From NCBI GenBank assembly GCA_002269645.1, contig NIVC01002672.1:17943-81942 (forward strand): DNA of 64,000 nt, read 5' to 3'. The DNA is from Macrostomum lignano (taxonomy: Eukaryota). Shown here in pieces: positions 49,161 through 64,000 of the stretch (position 1 is its first letter; each line of letters begins with the position of its first letter). A program made the position numbers and the translations under genes. A model generated the notes under the pieces. The model was not told where the DNA came from. It worked only from the letters and a program-made list of their open reading frames with translations, and did no database searches.

Positions 49161-50778
49161 TGAGACACATTATTTCAGCAAAAACTTGCATGTGCTTGCT
49201 CAAGCAACACCCTACGGCCGGTTGCATTGGCAGCTCGCGATAGATTTTGCTCAAAGTGTTTTGGTCCATTAAGCCCAACCAATCGATCAGGTGCATTCAC
49301 TCAGCCTTCCGTTAATTAATCTAATAGCACTTGCGACAGTAAAACGCTCAGTTAGTTTCTATTTTTAACCTCTGCAGGCTTGAAAGAGTGGAATGAATTG
49401 CGCCATGGGTTTCTGCTTTTTAATAGTAGGAAAGCTGCAGGTGCCGCCTTCAGTTACCGGCGTCAGGCGGTGCCAGCCGCAGTTTTCGAGATAAGTATCT
49501 ATTTTGAGCAGACTCGCCTGGGACAAAGATGCTCCTTTCAGTGATTAATATTATGAGCTGGCTTGTCACCATGGCAACCAGTTAGGCGGGCGTTAGTAGT
49601 GTTTCCGATTGAGTGTTTATCCCCATGCCGCCCCGCCTGCAGATGATGAAGGGTTGCTAGGCGTATCGAAATGAGTCGCTGCTTCGCTTTTCAGAGTCTA
49701 TTGTGCTTTGACTGATCTACCAAAGCCGAGTGAGAGCAGTCTGTCTAGTATCTAGGCATCCGATGCTTTGCACGAACCAGGGAAGGAATACTTGGGATGT
49801 TGAGTATAATCTCAGAGAACATTTCATATTTTCAAATTTGTAGCACTAAGCAGGCAACGTTTTACCATTTCACGCTGCCGGATTGCAAACGAAGCAAATG
49901 AACATTTAACGATTTTTATGCAACTTTCCTAGGCAAAGTCTAAATTCGCGGAAAGGGCATACACCGGGCAGGGGTCGGCAAGCTATCTTTAGCTCAAGGC
50001 CAGATAGAGAATCCAGCGCATGATTGCGGGCCAGAGGAGGGGAGAGAGGAGAGGGTCCGAGAAAATAGAGAAGAGAGATAGGAGAAAGGAGAGGCGCGGG
50101 AAGAGAGGAAAAAAAGGACCAGAAGAGGAGATAAAAACAAGAGATAATTAGAGAGAAGACAGCTGAGAAGACACAACCCCTGAGAGGACCCGAGAGCAGG
50201 ACAGAGCACACAACCCCTGATAGACAGGCTTCGCGGGCCGCATTTCGCCCGCAAAAAAACAGTTGCTGCATATGCAAGGGAGCCTGAATGGTTTGTTTTT
50301 TTGGGGCTGACGTGACGCGAAAGACAGGGGTTGGCGGCGGTAGAGAGGGAGCAAATTCCTCACCGCTAAGCAGCAGATCAGGCAGGCAGGCAGGCAGGCA
50401 GACAGGCGCTCAACGGCTGGGCGGCATGGGACAGCCGGATCGCCTGTACAGCCCAAGGACGAGAAACAGATGCTCTCAACTACCCGCAGCTAAAAAACCT
50501 TTCCACCCTCTGCTCAGCTCAGCATCTCAGACTTTTGTCTATTTAGCTAGTCTCCATGGCAACCATGAGCCGTCAGCCTCCATTCCGTTGCCTCCCCTGG
50601 CCTGCACTGCCCTGCTCCAAGGATTGGAGGGCTTGGAGATGGGGATGGGCGTAAAACAATTCCTTGCTACTTTTTTGAAAGGTACAAATAGATGGAGCAT
50701 AGGGCAGGGCTGCTGACAATTCCCTCTAGAATTCGCATCCGCATCTTGCAGAGCCAATTCTCAATTGAGCAATCCGTT

Positions 50779-59916
<9,138 letters not shown>

Positions 59917-59941
59917 GCAGCCGACGAGGAAGCGGAGGAGT

Positions 59942-59944
<3 letters not shown>

Positions 59945-59978
<34 letters not shown>
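59945..59978. repeat. (GA)n microsatellite in the 3' UTR region
   Basis: Direct run. Confidence 0.9.
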
Positions 59979-59980
<2 letters not shown>

Positions 59981-61405
59981 CCCACCGATATGCGTGACCA
60001 GTAAGACCGAACTCAGCAAGGTTTATCGATACTGTTTGAGAGAATGAAACTTTAACGCTCGAGCTTATTTGAGCCAAGTAGCCAGCCACATAGTTGTGGG
60101 AGAAGTTGCGAATTGATGATGCGAAAGATGTTCTGAATTTCTTGGAAATGCCTTCACTGTCTGAATTGTTTCTGTGTTTAAATGTACTTTTAAGTGGCCT
60201 TTTCTGTTCCCAAGAGAAATCCAAGAAAATTCTCACTATTTTACAGTTGCATAGCAAACACTCCTTTATTTTGTCAAAAAATTATTACAAAAAAAACTTT
60301 TTATCTCTCTAGAAATATCCCCGATTGTATTATTGTTTTCGCGATTGAAAATATTGAAAAAAATCTGTTTTTTAAAAGTTCCAGCAAAACAAATTTTACT
60401 GACAAAATTCAGTAAAATAGCACGCTTTTTAATTTCGTTCAAAACAATGTTTTATACTGTCAAAAAGTTTTTTTGTTTTTCATATGGCTTTGTTTTTATC
60501 GCAATTTTGTGTTTTTTTATGCTCTGAAAGCTACCTAGCTAATTATCGATATTGACCATTTTCTCCCCTTACCGAGCTTCGCATGGGATATAATTAGATG
60601 ATTATCTGTCAACCCAAATTGATCCGCAATTGCTCAGCACAAGAGCACTGCACCCACATGCAGTAAGCTGCTCTGGTCAAGTGCTCTCATGGAGAGTAGC
60701 TGGATGCCCTTGGGTCCGAGATAAAGCAGCTGACGCCATGCAGGTACAAAATCTGGACCTTGATTGCTAATTTAAAAATAACTTTAAGGTGTATAATAGC
60801 TCGTAGTATTACGGGTGTCTAAATATTGCGTAACGATGTTCTAAGAGCGTACATGTCCTACAACAAGGTGTGAATTTGAATTGGATTTGATGTCCCGAAC
60901 AAAAGCCAGTTAAGGTAGTGAGATTTTTAAAAGCCGGGGCAGTTTCGGGGCAAAACAAGTTTGTTTTACTTGTGGCCTGTATATTTACGGAAATTTAGCA
61001 TTGTGTCATTATTTATATGATTTGTACAAACTGACATTAGTTAATATTCCCAGGTCCAAATTTTGTCAAATCCAGCTTCCAGGGTCACTGTGAGCAGAAT
61101 GACGCATAGGTTACCCGGGCTCCACTTTATGAGCTTCAGTTGACAGGCCCTTTGATTCCGGAAAGCACTAAGCGGAGCCTACAGTTTATATTGCATATCG
61201 AAATTCAAGACTTGATTGAGTAGCCGTGAATTCAGCGCTGAATAATAGATGAATTGTAGTCTTAAATTTTTGGGCCTCGTACTCGTAGTACAAGTCCTCC
61301 TACTGTCAGTAGTCTGTGACGGAGAGGCAGGTATGGAGAATCACTGGAATACTGGCAAGCTGCCCATACTCTCAAAGAGTTGTTGCAACCACAACTTGGC
61401 GAAGC

Positions 61406-63064
61406 CTACAACCGGACGAGAAGCTCCGCTCGAATCTCGGCCCTGCAGATAGGACAGGCTTCCAGGCTGCGGCTGCAGCGGCTGCAGCAGCAGAAGTGGC
61501 CGCAGTGTCGCAGCAGCACGTCAGCCTGCCGGTCGAGGCAAACTTTGCACGAGCGCCAGGCCGGATCGCCGTCCAGCAGCGCCGGCGGCTCGGTGGGCCA
61601 GGCGGACCGAAGCCGGAGCAGCTGCTCAGCCAGGAGCTCCTCTGCCTCCAAGCTTCGGGACAGCCGTTCGGAGCGGAGCTGCAGCGCAGAGGCGAGCAGC
61701 TGCTCAGGGCTGGCGAAATCGTCGCCGGAGAGCGTCAAGCGCAGTTCAATCAGGACTCGAATTTCAGACGATGCTGAAAGCGCAGCACCGAAAACTCGAT
61801 GAGCGTCCCGAAAAATCGGCAAGTCGACTCGCGCGCGGACGTCGCGCGGCCCGTTTCTGAAACGCAGTGCCAATTCTGCACTCGGATCTTCGGTGGCTGC
61901 TTGATCCGGTTCGAGCTCGTCTGGCGATCGCGATGAGGATGTCCATGAGGCTGCAGCGGCGCTGGCGGCCGCCTGAACGGTTGGCAGCATCGATGCTCGA
62001 GCAGCGATGACGAATGCGGCACCGCGGCTCAGAAGCAGGTGAGGACAGCGAGGCGACCAGGTGGCATGCAGCACCCAGGGATCCTCGTGGGCTGGGCAGT
62101 GCGAGAGGCGGAGGCCGCAGCTGAAGCAGGCCAGGCGACACTGCCTAATCAAGAAGAACCCAGCCTCTGCCAGGACGTCCCTTGTCGCCAACGGGAGGCT
62201 CAAGCAATCTTGCTCGGCTGGAAAGGTGCGCAGGCGAACAGTCAGGCTGAGCAGATCGGGCCAGAGTGGCTTAATGTGGGTAGCGCAGGCCTCCAGAGTC
62301 TCTAAATTGTCCAGAGCTTTTGGCGCCGCTGCGGCTACTGCAACTCTAGCGGAGACTGCCAGTGGTCCGTTTGCCGTCAGGACAGCTGCGGCCTCTGATG
62401 GCCCGAAACCGGTTCGCCTCTGCAGGTCGTGAGTTCGAGTCTCTGCCTTGGAATCCAAGGTACCGCAGGTTCCTTCGCTACATTGCACCCCCGGTTGGCA
62501 CCGAGGATCGTCGCTTATTGGTACATTGCCAACATCTAGGTGTAGGACAAACGGACAGGTGCAAAACTGTCTGGCGTGAGCTGCCATCGGCGATTCGCCA
62601 GGCAGCCGGGGTCCCAGCTGTCCGCGGCAAAAAGCGCAGCGGGCGCAACCGCCATCCAAGTGAAAGCCGGCAGCTGCGAGCTCCGCTGCCTCGGCGTCGG
62701 CTGTCCGGAAGGTCGCCAGCCGAGCCGCCTCCGATCGCAGCTCAGCTAGCAGAGGGTCTGCTGACTGTTCGTTGAATCGCAGCTGCTGCGGCCTCCTGGG
62801 CATCTGGCCTGAGCCACCAGCGTAGTACCGAAGGCAGCGAGCAACCGCAGTCTGGCTGGCAGTGTCGGCTGCAGCTCGATGCCCCGGCGGCGTCGGCGGC
62901 CGCGGCGGAGTTCCAACTTGGATTCCGGCGAGCACCTTGACGGTGAAACTTTCTGCTTCGGCCAGAGCTGCGCGCGTCTCGCAGCCTTTGACTGCCAGGG
63001 CCTCGAGTTCAGCGGCCTGATTGACTGCTCGCCGCTTAAACTCGCTGCTGAGTCCATGCGGCAT
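61406..63064 (-). CDS. Inhibitor of apoptosis (IAP): two BIR domains plus C-terminal RING, single coding exon, about 552 aa
   Basis: BIR1 CAFC-x16-H-x6-C and BIR2 CFSC-x16-H-x6-C, each preceded by RLxTF and AGF. C3HC4 RING CKVCLD..CGH..CSRC..CPICR at the extreme C-terminus. First ATG is at 63064. Confidence 0.93.
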   Translation of the reverse strand: MPHGLSSEFKRRAVNQAAELEALAVKGCETRAALAEAESFTVKVLAGIQVGTPPRPPTPPGHRAAADTASQTAVARCLRYYAGGSGQMPRRPQQLRFNEQSADPLLAELRSEAARLATFRTADAEAAELAAAGFHLDGGCARCAFCRGQLGPRLPGESPMAAHARQFCTCPFVLHLDVGNVPISDDPRCQPGVQCSEGTCGTLDSKAETRTHDLQRRTGFGPSEAAAVLTANGPLAVSARVAVAAAAPKALDNLETLEACATHIKPLWPDLLSLTVRLRTFPAEQDCLSLPLATRDVLAEAGFFLIRQCRLACFSCGLRLSHCPAHEDPWVLHATWSPRCPHLLLSRGAAFVIAARASMLPTVQAAASAAAASWTSSSRSPDELEPDQAATEDPSAELALRFRNGPRDVRARVDLPIFRDAHRVFGAALSASSEIRVLIELRLTLSGDDFASPEQLLASALQLRSERLSRSLEAEELLAEQLLRLRSAWPTEPPALLDGDPAWRSCKVCLDRQADVLLRHCGHFCCCSRCSRSLEACPICRAEIRAELLVRL

Positions 63065-63915
63065 TGAGGAAATCTGCGGATAAAAGCATGAGAGGAATAC
63101 GAGTAGAAGCAAGGAAGTCCAACAGCACAATATTTCATCCAGGTTACTTGTAGCGAAGTCAAATTTAGACCTTATTTAGTTGCTAAAATTAGAGCTTTCG
63201 ACTTTGAGTTGAAAATCGACTGTACATTGAGGCTACGCTTATGTGTACATTCAGTACTCGCGAAGAGTGTACGAGTAGTTCATTCCCTGAGGATGCACCG
63301 TCTCGTAAGTCGAGCTCATGACCCAAACGTGGCCGAAATTTCGTGGACATTTCATTTTGTTAGCACAATCTTTTGACAAAATAGAATTTGATTGTTTAAA
63401 CGCAGCGAATACCTTAGTTTCAGGGGAACCACAGAATATCAAAATGATAATATCAAAAAAAGAATCATTACCAAACTGTCTATATTGTAACAATGTGTCG
63501 AAATTACTTCTTTAACCGCTTTTCCTTAGAATACGGCACGCATTAGTCTACTGTAAGTAGGACTAATTGTAGCAGTAGCGCTGCGTCAGCGAAAATTTAT
63601 TCAGTATTAAAAAAGATATGAACGCCAGTACCTGTTGACAATTAATGACTTAGCACCTGTCCCCCAAGGCGTGCTACACCCAGATTCAAGAGTGTACAGG
63701 AATGGCCTGGCCAGAACTGTACAGCAGTGAGTGTACATTGAAAGCCTGTATTTCTAATGCACGCAGTGCATTGAAAAGAAACTCTCTCTATCCCCAGCTA
63801 GCGATAAAGCCACATTGCATTGCCGGTTTTTTCAGTAGCTGGCGAAGAGAGCGGAAAGGCAAGAGAGCCGAAATAAAACAATAACCGGAATTATTAAAAT
63901 TGCTGCTCAATCTCT

Positions 63916-64000
63916 ATGCTGGCGCATTGGAATTGACGTTGGCGGCACCAACACGGATGCTGCTCTGTTGAAGGCCGCAGAAAATAGCACCGGCCGGCCC
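63916..64000 (+). CDS. Start of a hydantoinase/oxoprolinase-family gene (truncated by the window edge)
   Basis: Frame starting 63920 reads WRIGIDVGGTNTDAALLKAAEIAPAG, the N-terminal motif of this family. The nearest ATG (63916) is one base out of frame. Confidence 0.65.

Noticed and set aside
48415-49168. Three overlapping ORFs of about 200 aa
   Set aside because: All derive from the 30-bp tandem unit, with no unique coding flanks.

Overview
This is a eukaryotic (metazoan) genomic window. It has GC-rich spliced exons with GT-AG introns, AT-rich spacers and very dense micro- and minisatellites. That style suggests a free-living flatworm such as Macrostomum, but this is inference and was not verified. 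Gene models were assembled by hand from splice sites and reading phase. Genes found: (1) the 3' end of a probable Roco/COR-type gene ending in a CaaX box (+); (2) a 7-exon secreted C-type-lectin/sushi-like glycoprotein (-); (3) a 5-exon HAD hydrolase of the pseudouridine-5'-phosphatase (PUDP/HDHD1) type (+); (4) a 7-exon secreted, probably GPI-anchored protein with a duplicated Cys-rich module (+); (5) a 3-exon prominin-like gene with a 1-bp frameshift (+); (6) a 17-exon stereocilin/otoancorin/mesothelin-like GPI protein (+); (7) an intronless BIR-BIR-RING IAP (-); and (8) the start of a hydantoinase/oxoprolinase-family gene at the right edge (+). Mobile DNA includes a deleted hAT element, two hAT-like MITEs, a Merlin element with perfect TIRs and TSD, two CORE-SINE copies and a second tRNA-derived SINE family. 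Most long ORFs in the supplied track are translations of tandem repeats. There is no CRISPR array, rRNA or convincing intact tRNA. I see no firm evidence for a wholly new biological system; the best leads are unusual protein architectures, a possible read-through or premature stop, and new repeat families.
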